This document shows positions 35,018-44,897 of a stretch of DNA of 61,620 bases, one piece after another. Position numbers and translations under genes: made by a program. The notes below the pieces were generated by a model, which made no database searches, was not told the DNA's origin, and saw nothing but the letters and a program-made list of their open reading frames with translations. Location of the stretch: positions 1 to 61,620 of IMG/VR virus record IMGVR_UViG_3300022921_001235. One strand, given 5' to 3'. This stretch comes from a virus (Duplodnaviria; Caudoviricetes). How positions within the stretch are numbered: position 1 is the stretch's first letter; each line of letters begins with the position of its first letter.

Positions 35018-36717
35018 TTTATATATTTGATTGTGAACTCTAGTTCGTCTGTTTCTGGACTTAGGTTATCCAACATTTCGTTTACAACATCTAAGTGTAT
35101 TTCTGTTGCGCCATTTTGAAATGCATTACCTTTTACACTAAAGACTAACTTTCCTACTTTACTTGGATTACCAGTAAAAATATGATCATCTGTTATTGAA
35201 ATCTCTGCGTTATCTCTGTTGTAGATTACGGTTATTGTTCCATTTTGCATTATTGGGCCGACGTTATCTTCAGCACGATATGTGTATTCTAATGCAATAA
35301 CACCTCTTTGTTGATCAGATGGTAGTCTAATCAAAGTCTCAGCTATTAGTTTTACACCAATACTAGTTCTTACTGGTTGTGATATTTCAACACGTTTTGA
35401 GCCATGTATTTCTGGAAAATAATCTTGACTAAAATAAAGCGGATCAACTGTTAGTTCGGCAGTACGTTGAAAGTAATCGTTTATACTTTTATTATTATCC
35501 ATATCAATGTGGCCCGCATCGCCTATGCCGGTTGAAGTTGCAGTACGATAAAACTCAATCACTGGTTCTACAACTACACTACTGCCGCCATCACGTCCTA
35601 CATTTAGATATGTATTATTTTGACTAATGTTAAAGTTACCTGTGCGTACATACAAACCTTGCTTGTCAACAAGATCAAAAACATAATCTTGGATAACAGT
35701 GTATTGACTACCTAAAGTTTTGCCAACTGGAGGTATTGAAGTAGGATCTGCTCCTAATACAAATCCTAGTCCACAAGTATTAATATTTCCTGTTTTAAAC
35801 TTGTTGTTGTTGATATCATATTCACTGTATACTGCGCAGGCAAACCCACTAATAAATATATTTTCAAATATATTATAATCCGAAGTTGCTGTTGCTACAC
35901 TACCATTAGAAACTACAACTCCAACTAGGTTTGATGTAGGTATACCTTCGCTGGTTATGCCATCGCCTGTGGTCCAACCTGCTGAAAGTTTAATGTCTGA
36001 GAACTTACTGTTTTGACAGTTTTCAAGATACAATGCACCGCCATTACTGTTGTGGAATATTGTCATGCCTTTTATGTTTACAAAACGAGCCATGTTGTCT
36101 GATGTTGTTGTACTTGCATCAGCATAGGTACCAGGAATACTTGTTTCGTTTACTGTACGGAAAATGTTTTCGGGTGGGTTTGCACCAGAACTATTGAAAA
36201 ATGTTTTGTCGATGCCGTCGCCTACAATGTTTGCGTAAGGTGGTATTTTCAACCCTGGCGAACTGATGAGATATTCGCCTGCTGGAATATAAAGTGTTAC
36301 ACGACTCCTGTACAAGCCCTTAGTTGCACTGTTGATAAACAACTGGTCAATAGCACGTTGTAGTTTTTCTGTTTGGTCTGTTCCATCGCCCATTGCTCCA
36401 AAGTCTCTAACACTTACACGGTCATCTAACTTTGCTTGTAGAGTACGTTCTACTGGAGATGCTAACGCAACACCTGTTTGTATTTCGTCTCTTTTGTATG
36501 CATATTGGCCTGCTAGACTCAATAGGTTATCAGCTTCTGTTAGTAGTTTAGTGTTACCAACTGCTGGTGCGCCTTCACTTACTGCGCCATTACCAATGTA
36601 AACTTCTTGTGTATCAATTGCCCAACCTATTTCGCCGGAAGCAAGTTGTGGTATTCCACTCCCTTGATTCTTTCTACCTCGGCGGTGTTGGATTCTTGAA
36701 ATCTGTACAATAGCCAT
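35014..36717 (-). CDS. virion protein with pectate-lyase-like beta-helix
   Basis: N-terminal IQHRRG...LASGEIGWA.D...YIGNG fibre module; VSVRDFGAMGDG.D.T..LQRAI, LYIPAGEY, GDG.DKT. Confidence 0.75.
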   Translation of the reverse strand: MAIVQISRIQHRRGRKNQGSGIPQLASGEIGWAIDTQEVYIGNGAVSEGAPAVGNTKLLTEADNLLSLAGQYAYKRDEIQTGVALASPVERTLQAKLDDRVSVRDFGAMGDGTDQTEKLQRAIDQLFINSATKGLYRSRVTLYIPAGEYLISSPGLKIPPYANIVGDGIDKTFFNSSGANPPENIFRTVNETSIPGTYADASTTTSDNMARFVNIKGMTIFHNSNGGALYLENCQNSKFSDIKLSAGWTTGDGITSEGIPTSNLVGVVVSNGSVATATSDYNIFENIFISGFACAVYSEYDINNNKFKTGNINTCGLGFVLGADPTSIPPVGKTLGSQYTVIQDYVFDLVDKQGLYVRTGNFNISQNNTYLNVGRDGGSSVVVEPVIEFYRTATSTGIGDAGHIDMDNNKSINDYFQRTAELTVDPLYFSQDYFPEIHGSKRVEISQPVRTSIGVKLIAETLIRLPSDQQRGVIALEYTYRAEDNVGPIMQNGTITVIYNRDNAEISITDDHIFTGNPSKVGKLVFSVKGNAFQNGATEIHLDVVNEMLDNLSPETDELEFTIKYIN

Positions 36718-36747
36718 GCTATACTCCTAATGCGTTATTAGTAGTAT

Positions 36748-37431
36748 TTAGCCATTCTTTTCGTAATACTGGCGACACCTGTTCCACCATTCTTGTTCCC
36801 ACTCTGCAAACTCATCTGGCCATAAATCAAACTGTTGATACTCTAAGCCTCGACTGCACATAAAGATGTGTCCTTCACGTATGTCAGTGCCGTGTACTTC
36901 GTTGTGTCCTAGTGCATATGCTGTAAGTTGTAGATAGTAGTCTTCTACCCATTCAGGCTTCTTAGGCTTGTTGGTTTGTTTAAAATCCATGATACAAGGA
37001 TTGCCTTTGTATTGTCCAACTAGGTCAGTAGTACCAGCATAGATACCTGGAACATAAAGCGGAACTTCACTACCCCAAATTTCGTCTACATGTACCATTG
37101 CTTCGTCACGTACAACGCAAGCCATTTTGTATGCTTGTTGTGCGTATGGATTGCTACCTGCTGACTCTGTCCACACACCATTGTCTACATAGTCTTCTAA
37201 GTATTTGTGCATACGAGTGCCTACACCTGCTGCTTCAGTTACAATCTCTTGTGCTTTAGCATGTCCTACACGCCTGCGCCATTCATGCAAGTGAGTCATG
37301 TCTTTTGTACCGCTGAGGATTGTTGTCACACTTGCTACAGGATTACCACCTGGTGCCTCATAGCGGCGCTTGCCGTTTACTTCTACCCGTTTGAGTTTTT
37401 CGTAAACATACTTAGGTTTTATTAATGTCAT
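36748..37431 (-). CDS. PD-(D/E)XK exonuclease
   Basis: SVTTILS, GTRMH, AGTTDL, IMDFKQ, Y.LQL.AYA. Confidence 0.88.
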   Translation of the reverse strand: MTLIKPKYVYEKLKRVEVNGKRRYEAPGGNPVASVTTILSGTKDMTHLHEWRRRVGHAKAQEIVTEAAGVGTRMHKYLEDYVDNGVWTESAGSNPYAQQAYKMACVVRDEAMVHVDEIWGSEVPLYVPGIYAGTTDLVGQYKGNPCIMDFKQTNKPKKPEWVEDYYLQLTAYALGHNEVHGTDIREGHIFMCSRGLEYQQFDLWPDEFAEWEQEWWNRCRQYYEKNG

Positions 37432-37467
37432 ACTTTATATTATAATAGGATCAGGCATTTGTCAACC

Positions 37468-37791
37468 TTATAATGCATTACCTACATTGGTTGCACGTTT
37501 TGCCATTTGACTAACTTCTTTACCACCTGCACCAGCTTGTGGTAATATATCTGCAGATCCCTGTGCAAATATTATTTCATCTTTGTTAAAGTTTTTAATC
37601 AACTTTTTGATGCGAGGATCATTATGCTGCATTGCAAATGTTTCGTAGCTAAAAGCTTCGAGACCCATACCTGCAAGTTTTTTATTAAGATCATCCATCT
37701 TAATAGAAGCAACTCCATTAGCTTGAAGTTGCTTTAATACCATGTACAGTTTTGGGCTAATGCCTTCGTTAATGATGTCTGATATTTTCAT
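37468..37791 (-). CDS. hypothetical (putative head-associated) protein
   Basis: MKISDIINE N-terminus. Confidence 0.6.
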   Translation of the reverse strand: MKISDIINEGISPKLYMVLKQLQANGVASIKMDDLNKKLAGMGLEAFSYETFAMQHNDPRIKKLIKNFNKDEIIFAQGSADILPQAGAGGKEVSQMAKRATNVGNAL

Positions 37792-38498
37792 TATCTAGCC
37801 GGGCGGCCTGCTGGCTCTTCGCCGCCTGCTGCTGGCAATGCTACATCACCTTCGCCTGCTGCTGGCGCTTCCATGTCAACTGTTGGTTCCATTGCTGGTT
37901 CAGCATCCATTGCTGGTTCTTCTGCGCCCATTGCTGATGGTGCTTGTCCTTCACCAGTTAATAGTGCAACACCTTGGCTTAGACTTTCACGAGCCTGTTC
38001 CATTGTTTGGTACAATGCTTCTAGTGCAGGCTTGATGCCTCCAACAAATGCTTGACTTTGATCGACGCCCATTTCGTCTCTGATAGCATCAGCAAGTTCT
38101 AGCATTGATTCAGTTTGCATTTCTGCTGTGTCTTCCATCCAGTTGGTAACACGATCGACCATATCCTTAGCAGCCATAACAATCTCTGCTTGATCTTCAG
38201 CACCTTCGTTAACTTGTGTTTCTTCAAGTGAAGTTTCTTCAATGTCGCCGCGCTCACTAATCTCTGCATTAAGAACATCTAAGAATAGTTTGTTCTTTTG
38301 ATAGTTTTCACTGCTTACAACTGAATTAAAGTTTTCATTCATTTCAATCTGACTAAGCTGTGTGCGTAGTTTGTTTCTTGCGTCTTGTAACTGTGTCAAA
38401 CTGAAGTTTTCTAGTTTGATTTTTTTACCAAAACGCTTGGCTAGGCTTTCATTTAGTGCCTTTGAGGTTACTGGTTTTGCGAATTCACTAATGTTCAT
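37791..38498 (-). CDS. acidic helical protein (scaffold/core-like)
   Basis: E/A/M-rich with a low-complexity EPAM tail; TAAATA upstream. Confidence 0.6.
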   Translation of the reverse strand: MNISEFAKPVTSKALNESLAKRFGKKIKLENFSLTQLQDARNKLRTQLSQIEMNENFNSVVSSENYQKNKLFLDVLNAEISERGDIEETSLEETQVNEGAEDQAEIVMAAKDMVDRVTNWMEDTAEMQTESMLELADAIRDEMGVDQSQAFVGGIKPALEALYQTMEQARESLSQGVALLTGEGQAPSAMGAEEPAMDAEPAMEPTVDMEAPAAGEGDVALPAAGGEEPAGRPAR

Positions 38499-38536
38499 TG
38501 TAATCTTTCCTGATTGCTATTACTTTTATTTATCAT

Positions 38537-38950
38537 CTAATCAAAGATGATAGCTTCTAAAATACGATAAGAATTGTTTCTGCGAGCTTCACTTACTTCT
38601 AATCTTATATGAGCAAGGTCAAATCTAAAGTTATCTGTTGTACTGGCGATTAAATGTTCATAGAATGTGCAATCAGTATCGTGTTTATCATATTCTTTAT
38701 CATGTACTACAGCATTTCTGTAGTCTTGTTTTGCATTATAAAGTTTTGCTATTGCTAATGCGCCAGGCTTTGATAATGCTAAACACACCTGTTTGCTTTG
38801 TTCGCAATCAAATAACAAGTATCCTTTGTTTGCACTATACCTTATAGCAACAATACCTATACGGATACTGTTTCCTCGCTTCATAGGTAAAGGATTCTTT
38901 TTTGTTCCTACATCAATGATGTGGGATAGTTGTTTAGTAAGGTTTTCCAT
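38537..38950 (-). CDS. hypothetical protein
   Basis: 137-aa ORF. Confidence 0.6.
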   Translation of the reverse strand: MENLTKQLSHIIDVGTKKNPLPMKRGNSIRIGIVAIRYSANKGYLLFDCEQSKQVCLALSKPGALAIAKLYNAKQDYRNAVVHDKEYDKHDTDCTFYEHLIASTTDNFRFDLAHIRLEVSEARRNNSYRILEAIIFD

Positions 38951-39143
38951 TTTTCACCAAGTACACTTTTCCATCTTCGATTTTTTTAGATATTAAACTC
39001 TTTTTAATAAGGGCTTCAATAACCCTTACTTCTCGTTCTGTAAACTGATTTGGTGTTACCGTGCCTTTGATTTTATCTAACAACTTACCCTCTTCGATAG
39101 TTGTATAGATTTCAAAGCTCGATATTAATTCATTGATTTTCAT
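38934..39143 (-). CDS. hypothetical protein
   Basis: MKINELI N-terminus; 69 aa. Confidence 0.6.
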   Translation of the reverse strand: MKINELISSFEIYTTIEEGKLLDKIKGTVTPNQFTEREVRVIEALIKKSLISKKIEDGKVYLVKNGKPY

Positions 39144-39144
39144 G

Positions 39145-39462
39145 CTACTGTGGCATGGTTGGCATCGTTGGTGATGCCGGTTGTTGCTGATTTAACGTGT
39201 TGGCGGTTTGCTGTGACTGCTGCGACTGTTGCTGTTGTTGTTGCTGTGCTGTTTTTGCTTGCTGTTGCTGTTGCATCAACTTTGGCAGGTTGCTGCGCAT
39301 ATCAGCAATCTCTTTATCCAATGCTCGTTTTTGTTCTTCTTTATTTTTAAGTTCGGCTTTTAATGTTTCAACAGGATCAACGCCCATTGCATCACCAACA
39401 ACTGGTTGTTCATTTAGTATATCGATATATGCTCTCATGTCAGGTGTATTAGTGTTGCTCAT
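39145..39462 (-). CDS. coiled-coil protein with poly-Gln tail
   Basis: CAG/CAA runs encoding QQQQQ...QQQQQQQSQQSQQ. Confidence 0.6.
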   Translation of the reverse strand: MSNTNTPDMRAYIDILNEQPVVGDAMGVDPVETLKAELKNKEEQKRALDKEIADMRSNLPKLMQQQQQAKTAQQQQQQQSQQSQQTANTLNQQQPASPTMPTMPQ

Positions 39463-39728
39463 TTGTTCATTGCCTTTACTCTTTTACTTGCCGGATTAAT
39501 ACGTTTGGTCTTTTTTGCTTTACGTGTCATTTTAGCACCTAATCTTGCTTTTGTCAACTTTAATCTTGCACGTTTTTTTATATCAGGTGCTGCAAAACAT
39601 TGTCCTATGTTTGAAACTATACGTCCAGCACGGGAACCAGAACTGCATCTAAACTTACGTACAACTTTGTTGCCGCGCTTTGCCCAGGCCATTTTTTCAT
39701 CAAGTGTAACTTCGTTAATCTTTACCAC
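39459..39728 (-). CDS. highly basic small protein
   Basis: K/R-rich, C..G.R.GR.V....C. Confidence 0.65.
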   Translation of the reverse strand: MVKINEVTLDEKMAWAKRGNKVVRKFRCSSGSRAGRIVSNIGQCFAAPDIKKRARLKLTKARLGAKMTRKAKKTKRINPASKRVKAMNK

Positions 39729-39731
39729 GTT

Positions 39732-39965
39732 TTAACCTAACTGTAATAGTATTACTACAATAGTAGATAACAATCCAGCAACTATAGTTCCTGTTGCACC
39801 TATAATAACTTTTGATAAACTATTCTGTCCTGCGGCCATTTGTTCTGCAATACTGTCTAACTTTTTTTCTACATTGGTTAATCGACCGTCAAGAGCCTCG
39901 TAACGGATAGCACACAAATCAACGTGTGCTTCTAGTGATTCTCTTTCAAGTTTTGTGGTCGACAT
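39732..39965 (-). CDS. coiled-coil plus C-terminal TM protein (XhlA/holin-like architecture)
   Basis: LEAHVDLCAIRY..L..RL..VE.K then a TM helix. Confidence 0.6.
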   Translation of the reverse strand: MSTTKLERESLEAHVDLCAIRYEALDGRLTNVEKKLDSIAEQMAAGQNSLSKVIIGATGTIVAGLLSTIVVILLQLG

Positions 39966-40045
39966 TCATTTCTCCAATATATTTACGACAGGAAATAGCC
40001 TTTTCGTTACCTAAAATAAATGCCTAAGTATATAAAATACTAATG

Positions 40046-40423
40046 TTATTTATCTATTTCTCTAAATACAATGTTAGAACTATTAATATCTGTGCGGAAT
40101 ACTGGATCATCTATAACTGCATCTTCTGTGAGTTCTTTGATAAAAGGTACTAGTTCAAAATCTAGTTTTAGCATATCAACACTGTGTATTCCGTATTCGA
40201 TATCAAATACCATCCTCCAAATCTTTTTAGCAGAAATGCCTTTTCCAAACTTGATTTTATTATCAACAAGGTAAGGCGATTTAATAATAGTAGGGTTGGC
40301 TCTAAGGCCGATAGTATTCATTACTGTTAAGTAGTTCTGTTGCTGATGTTCCAACAACTTTGGATCACCTCTGCGAGCGCCTGTTTCAGTAATATCAACT
40401 ACAGTAAATAATTCAAACATCAA
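40046..40423 (-). CDS. hypothetical phage protein
   Basis: TVVDITETG...QQQNY.T..NTIGLRAN. Confidence 0.65.
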   Translation of the reverse strand: MMFELFTVVDITETGARRGDPKLLEHQQQNYLTVMNTIGLRANPTIIKSPYLVDNKIKFGKGISAKKIWRMVFDIEYGIHSVDMLKLDFELVPFIKELTEDAVIDDPVFRTDINSSNIVFREIDK

Positions 40424-40986
40424 AATTTATATCCATATCTTATAACATCTTTGATAAAAATGTTTTTAACCTCTTCAGCTAACTCTATTGTATAATAATC
40501 TTTGTAGTCTGTCAAGTCTGTTGTGTTTAAAAACGGCAACGGTTTATCACATCCTAGTATGCGTTGTACTTCTTTGAAGTCTTGTTCTAGTGTTTCAAAA
40601 CGTAATGTAAGATTGATTGCATCACCTAGCCAGTCTGCTTGCGGAGTACCCAAGTTATACCATTGTCTACTCCAACTCACTTGCGGTTTGAATGTCATGC
40701 CCAGTGATGGTATATCATTGTGTCCATAGATCAGTCGTTGTGTCAGCCAATCTTCGAAGTTTCCATTACCTGCAAACTTGTACCAACTAACCATGCGGGC
40801 CCACGGATTGCGTACAACGCCAAATCTAAATACTGTATCTGGAAAGAACTCGTCTACCTCTTTGAAACTACCATGCTTGCGTCCTTCCACTGTAGTGAAG
40901 TTATCATCAAGCCATGTGCTGATACTAGTACCTGCTGTCTTAGGATTGTGTATAAATGTTATTTTATGATCAGGAAGGTAACGCAT
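40420..40986 (-). CDS. sulfotransferase family protein
   Basis: FIHNPKTAGTSI (5'-PSB loop), VRNPWARMVSWY (3'-PB), RFETL..DF. Confidence 0.85.
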   Translation of the reverse strand: MRYLPDHKITFIHNPKTAGTSISTWLDDNFTTVEGRKHGSFKEVDEFFPDTVFRFGVVRNPWARMVSWYKFAGNGNFEDWLTQRLIYGHNDIPSLGMTFKPQVSWSRQWYNLGTPQADWLGDAINLTLRFETLEQDFKEVQRILGCDKPLPFLNTTDLTDYKDYYTIELAEEVKNIFIKDVIRYGYKF

Positions 40987-41004
40987 CTAGTACTTAGTAG
41001 CCAT

Positions 41005-41035
41005 AAAAAAAGAGTCACTTAAAAAGTGACTCTTT
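41005..41035 (-). terminator. rho-independent terminator
   Basis: AAAGAGTCACT/AGTGACTCTTT perfect stem followed by a U run. Confidence 0.8.
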
Positions 41036-41080
41036 AGTGTGACGCCTGTTATAACATCACGGTTCCTAAGGTAAGGAATC

Positions 41081-41437
41081 TTATACTGCTACAGTGAAGC
41101 TTGCTGCTGCTTCGACAGTTGAGTCGTTTGCATCTGCTGCTACTTCCATGATAGCACGTACACGAGATTGTAGCGAAGCTGCTGTGTTTGCATGTGAATC
41201 AACTACAACGTTGATAATGCCGTCTGCTGCTGCTGGTGCCCATGCCATTAATGGTGCTAGTTCACGAAGGATTAGGTCATACTTTGAACCGTGTGCTCCG
41301 TCTACAGTTTGTAGATCAACTGCTGTGTTGCTGTCGTCTTTTACTGTAATTTTGTACATTGCTACTGCTGCTGTAGTTTCTAATGTACCTACTGTGTTGT
41401 CTCCACCGTGTACTGGTGTAAAATCATATGTTGCCAT
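41081..41437 (-). CDS. small Ala-rich protein, probably abundant structural
   Basis: Strong SD AGGAG, biased codons (GCA/GTA/ACA), own terminator. Confidence 0.6.
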   Translation of the reverse strand: MATYDFTPVHGGDNTVGTLETTAAVAMYKITVKDDSNTAVDLQTVDGAHGSKYDLILRELAPLMAWAPAAADGIINVVVDSHANTAASLQSRVRAIMEVAADANDSTVEAAASFTVAV

Positions 41438-41499
41438 TTTTATTCTCCTAATATCTCTATGGCAAATACACTACTCTGTGTACTTGTTTATAATATTAT

Positions 41500-42378
41500 T
41501 TATCTCTTTGTATTCTTTTTTGCTCTTTTATGCAGTATTTTGAACTGTTCTATGTATGCAGGGCCGGCTCTAACAATATCATCTAGCATTACTACCAACG
41601 GAGCATATGCTTGCACAAACTGTGCTATAGTAGTTTTTCCTGCTACAGCATTTTCAATAAACTTTGCAATAAAAGGTAGTTTGCTAACTGGAACTAAGAA
41701 TCTGTAGTTGATTACATCTGACTGTTTTACATCGTCTGGTGTGCTTACACTATACTCCGGATCTGTTTTACTAAGATCTTCAAGATTCTTATCTAATGCA
41801 AGTTTGCTAAACTGTTGTAGGAAATCACTATCACTGAGTTTTGCTCTACCTGCAAACAACAAACGTGTAACAGTCAACTGACGTTCTTTTTGTGTGTCTG
41901 TGCCAAATGCTGCAATGCGTCTACGTAGTGTTTTATAATCAGATGTTTGTATTTTTAGTTCTCGTTCAATTTGAAATAGGGTTTCTATATCTGATGTAGT
42001 TGGAGGTGTATTCTTTGCCATGCTTCTTAGATAACCATTTAAGTTGCCAATACTAAGTAAAACACCTCTACGTTCGATTGCTGCGGCGTCTGAATTTTTT
42101 AACTTTCCTAAGGCAGTTTCATCACCAGTGATAAAATAAATCAGGTTGTAAAGATCACTACTGTCAACTCTGTGACGGCTATAATCTCTATACATCACAG
42201 TCTTATAAGCATATTTGGCTGACGTATCTCTATGCGATCTATAATGTCGCATTACTTGCATCATTAATAATATTAAAAACGCACGTTCTCTGCAATCAGT
42301 ATATGTTAACATACGCTGATTTCTGCTACTTCGTGTCATACGCGATTCTTGTATGTCGTGTAAAAATTCAAATGCCAT
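41500..42378 (-). CDS. hypothetical phage protein
   Basis: 292-aa ORF. Confidence 0.7.
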   Translation of the reverse strand: MAFEFLHDIQESRMTRSSRNQRMLTYTDCRERAFLILLMMQVMRHYRSHRDTSAKYAYKTVMYRDYSRHRVDSSDLYNLIYFITGDETALGKLKNSDAAAIERRGVLLSIGNLNGYLRSMAKNTPPTTSDIETLFQIERELKIQTSDYKTLRRRIAAFGTDTQKERQLTVTRLLFAGRAKLSDSDFLQQFSKLALDKNLEDLSKTDPEYSVSTPDDVKQSDVINYRFLVPVSKLPFIAKFIENAVAGKTTIAQFVQAYAPLVVMLDDIVRAGPAYIEQFKILHKRAKKNTKR

Positions 42379-42629
42379 TATTTTTTACTTTCAATGACTT
42401 TGGTTACTCCGGTAACAAACTTTTTGCTGCTGCCTGCTCTAATGCTGTTAAGAAAACGTCTTTCTAATTCACTGGCAGTTTTTTCATCATAAGTTTCATA
42501 TATTTTTTGCATAAGATTTATAGAACTTTCAATGATATTAGTTCCAGTACTCTGAATAAACTCGTCGCCGCGAGATGATGTGTGTATATTATTTAATTCT
42601 TCTAAGATACTACGTGTACGTTTTCTCAT
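42378..42629 (-). CDS. hypothetical phage protein
   Basis: MRKRTRSILEELN...ELERRFLNSIR; TAAATA upstream. Confidence 0.7.
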   Translation of the reverse strand: MRKRTRSILEELNNIHTSSRGDEFIQSTGTNIIESSINLMQKIYETYDEKTASELERRFLNSIRAGSSKKFVTGVTKVIESKK

Positions 42630-42695
42630 TAGTTCTACCTCTTAATGTATTTAGCATAACCTAATACTAAATATGTTTATAAGTGAGGGCTTAAT

Positions 42696-43457
42696 ATGAT
42701 AACAGAAATGACATTAATGCAACGCAGTCTATTATTTGCTAAACTATCGAGTATAGCATACAACGATGACATAGACTGGGTTAGCAAAAAAGTAAGAAAA
42801 CTAGGCTTTACAACTGTAGAGTTTTATAATAGAGAAGGTGCTCAGGCATATCGCTTCATGAACAAGGATGATTTGGTCATAGCATGTCGTGGAACACAAC
42901 CAACAGAGTTTAATGACATCAGTGCAGACCTAAAAGCATTGCCTGTGGTAGCAGAAACAGTTAGTAGAGTGCATCAGGGTTTTAAGGCAGAAGTAGATGA
43001 ACTTTGGCCTATGATATTAGAAGATATTAATCGCAAAGCAAATGGCAAAAAGAAACTTTGGTTTTGTGGACACAGTTTAGGTGCTGGTATGGCAACTATT
43101 ATGGCTAGTCGTTGTCATTTATATCCAGATATAAACCCAGTAGAAGAACTATACACCTATGGTTCGCCTAGAGTGGGCTGGAAGAAATACTGTAAGAGCT
43201 TGGGTGTTGTACATCATCGCTGGGTAAACAACAACGATATAGTTACTAGAGTACCATTACGTGTAATGGGATACACACATGACGGTATAGAACATTATAT
43301 GAATGCATATGGAGTTGAGCGTAAACTTACAACATGGCAGCGTACCAAAGATCGCTGGCGTGGTATGTGGATGGGTATTAGGCAAGGCGGCGTTGATAGT
43401 TTTAGTGATCATTCAATGACAAACTATATTGCTAACTTGGAAAAAATGCAGGGCTAA
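42696..43457 (+). CDS. class 3 lipase
   Basis: IACRGT, VHQGF, GHSLGAG, YTYGSPRVG, NNNDIVTRVP, DHSM. Confidence 0.92.
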   Translation: MITEMTLMQRSLLFAKLSSIAYNDDIDWVSKKVRKLGFTTVEFYNREGAQAYRFMNKDDLVIACRGTQPTEFNDISADLKALPVVAETVSRVHQGFKAEVDELWPMILEDINRKANGKKKLWFCGHSLGAGMATIMASRCHLYPDINPVEELYTYGSPRVGWKKYCKSLGVVHHRWVNNNDIVTRVPLRVMGYTHDGIEHYMNAYGVERKLTTWQRTKDRWRGMWMGIRQGGVDSFSDHSMTNYIANLEKMQG

Positions 43458-43547
43458 CCATTGGCCCTGCTCGTGCTTATTACGTAGCAACCCGATTGTA
43501 TCAACTATTTTAGTATAGCAGCTTTATCCTGTTAGTCAACCATACTT

Positions 43548-43781
43548 TTAAAGTTTTTCGCCGCAATGTGGGCAGTTTGTTAAGGTGCCCATTTGCTTTT
43601 CCATTTTCTTTAGAAGGTCACGCATTGACTTTGCTTCTTTGATTTGTCTCTTTAGCCAGTCTTTGCGTCTATCTGATTTAGCACGTTCAAGTTCTTTTTT
43701 TAGATCCTGCTTTTGCCTGTCAAGTTTTTGTTTGAACACACCGTAGAATGCTGTGTTTATCTGTTCTTCATTTTTACTCAT
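43548..43781 (-). CDS. coiled-coil protein with terminal CxxC
   Basis: Ends in CPHCGEKL; SD GGAG; TTGACA upstream. Confidence 0.6.
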   Translation of the reverse strand: MSKNEEQINTAFYGVFKQKLDRQKQDLKKELERAKSDRRKDWLKRQIKEAKSMRDLLKKMEKQMGTLTNCPHCGEKL

Positions 43782-43944
43782 TGTGTGACTCCGTAAAAAC
43801 TTAATGTAGCACAGAGCGTTAATGTTGTCAAGTGTTATTGACTATAAAAAATATAAATAGTACGGCAAGATAAGTTCTCGACCTGAGTAGTTGGTAGCAC
43901 AACTCGCGCTCGCGTCACAAAGCATCATTACAAAGGAACACACA

Positions 43945-44124
43945 ATGATCAATTTAGCAAAAGCTATTGGTCGTGTAATGATGACTGCGGTCTCACCTAC
44001 ACGATCAGACAAACAACACGCAATGGAAACATATGTTAAGACCGAGTTTTCCAGAGGAGACCAAGCATACGTGCTTGACTGTATGCGCTACGGACGTCCT
44101 GTAGATTTTCGTAACATAGTATAA
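43945..44124 (+). CDS. small hypothetical protein
   Basis: MINLAKAIG... after SD AAGGA. Confidence 0.55.
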   Translation: MINLAKAIGRVMMTAVSPTRSDKQHAMETYVKTEFSRGDQAYVLDCMRYGRPVDFRNIV

Positions 44125-44325
44125 TAAGACAGCAATAGGGTGGCTCAGGTTGCCCTATTGTTCTGGGTGCGCAGATACGCACAGTTGCACTACACGCATA
44201 GCGTCTTTGCACACAAAGCACTAGTAAAACGGTCAACTATGTGTTAAATATAGTTGTAGAAGGAGTAAAACTAGCAGGTGCTAGACTCGGATCACACATA
44301 TACATATATACAAAAGGAAACTAAA

Positions 44326-44580
44326 ATGACTACATTGGTAGCAACAACATTTGACTGGTTTGGCTTTTCAGCTATTGCCAACTGGTTTAAAAACTTAGGT
44401 GTCGAACTACAAAGACGCAGAAATATCAAAGACACAATCAAACAACTATCAGCACTAACAAACCATGAACTTAACGACATTGGTATTGCTCGTGGCGATA
44501 TTTGGCATATTGCACACACATCATTCCCAAAAGGCAAAACTGTTGCTGATGTTAACCGCAACTTAAAAGGATGGGTGTAA
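44326..44580 (+). CDS. DUF1127 (YjiS-like) small protein
   Basis: RRR...T..QLSALTNHELNDIGIARGDI. Confidence 0.85.
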   Translation: MTTLVATTFDWFGFSAIANWFKNLGVELQRRRNIKDTIKQLSALTNHELNDIGIARGDIWHIAHTSFPKGKTVADVNRNLKGWV

Positions 44581-44750
44581 TGACTACTCTAGTAATGAAC
44601 TACACTGTCAATCCTTTTTGGACTGCACTCAAAACATTTGGGCGTGGAACATATAACTTCTTAGAGTCAGTGGGCCGTGCAAGAGCTGCTGCTGAACTTA
44701 GTCGTCAGGGCTATCACAAAGCTGCAAAAAATGTAATGTTAGGAAATTAA
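44580..44750 (+). CDS. 56-aa small protein (not in ORF track)
   Basis: MTTLVMNY...ESVGRARAAAELSRQGYH; TAATG-coupled to the DUF1127 gene. Confidence 0.65.
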   Translation: MTTLVMNYTVNPFWTALKTFGRGTYNFLESVGRARAAAELSRQGYHKAAKNVMLGN

Positions 44751-44751
44751 T

Positions 44752-44886
44752 ATGTGGAATAGATTTATTCGTGCAATGGAATACCGTAGTTACTGCATGG
44801 CGATTCGTGAACTACGCAATAAAGGCTTGTTTACAGAAGCACAACGCATTAGTGAATACAAACACAATTTGTATCCAACACACTAA
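44752..44886 (+). CDS. 44-aa small protein (not in ORF track)
   Basis: MWNRFIRAMEYRSYCMAIRELRNKGLF...; SD AGGA. Confidence 0.55.
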   Translation: MWNRFIRAMEYRSYCMAIRELRNKGLFTEAQRISEYKHNLYPTH

Positions 44887-44897
44887 TAATAAGAAGC

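Noticed and set aside
39197-39499. Poly-Cys ORF resembling a metallothionein
   Set aside because: It is the reverse complement of the CAG/CAA poly-Gln tract
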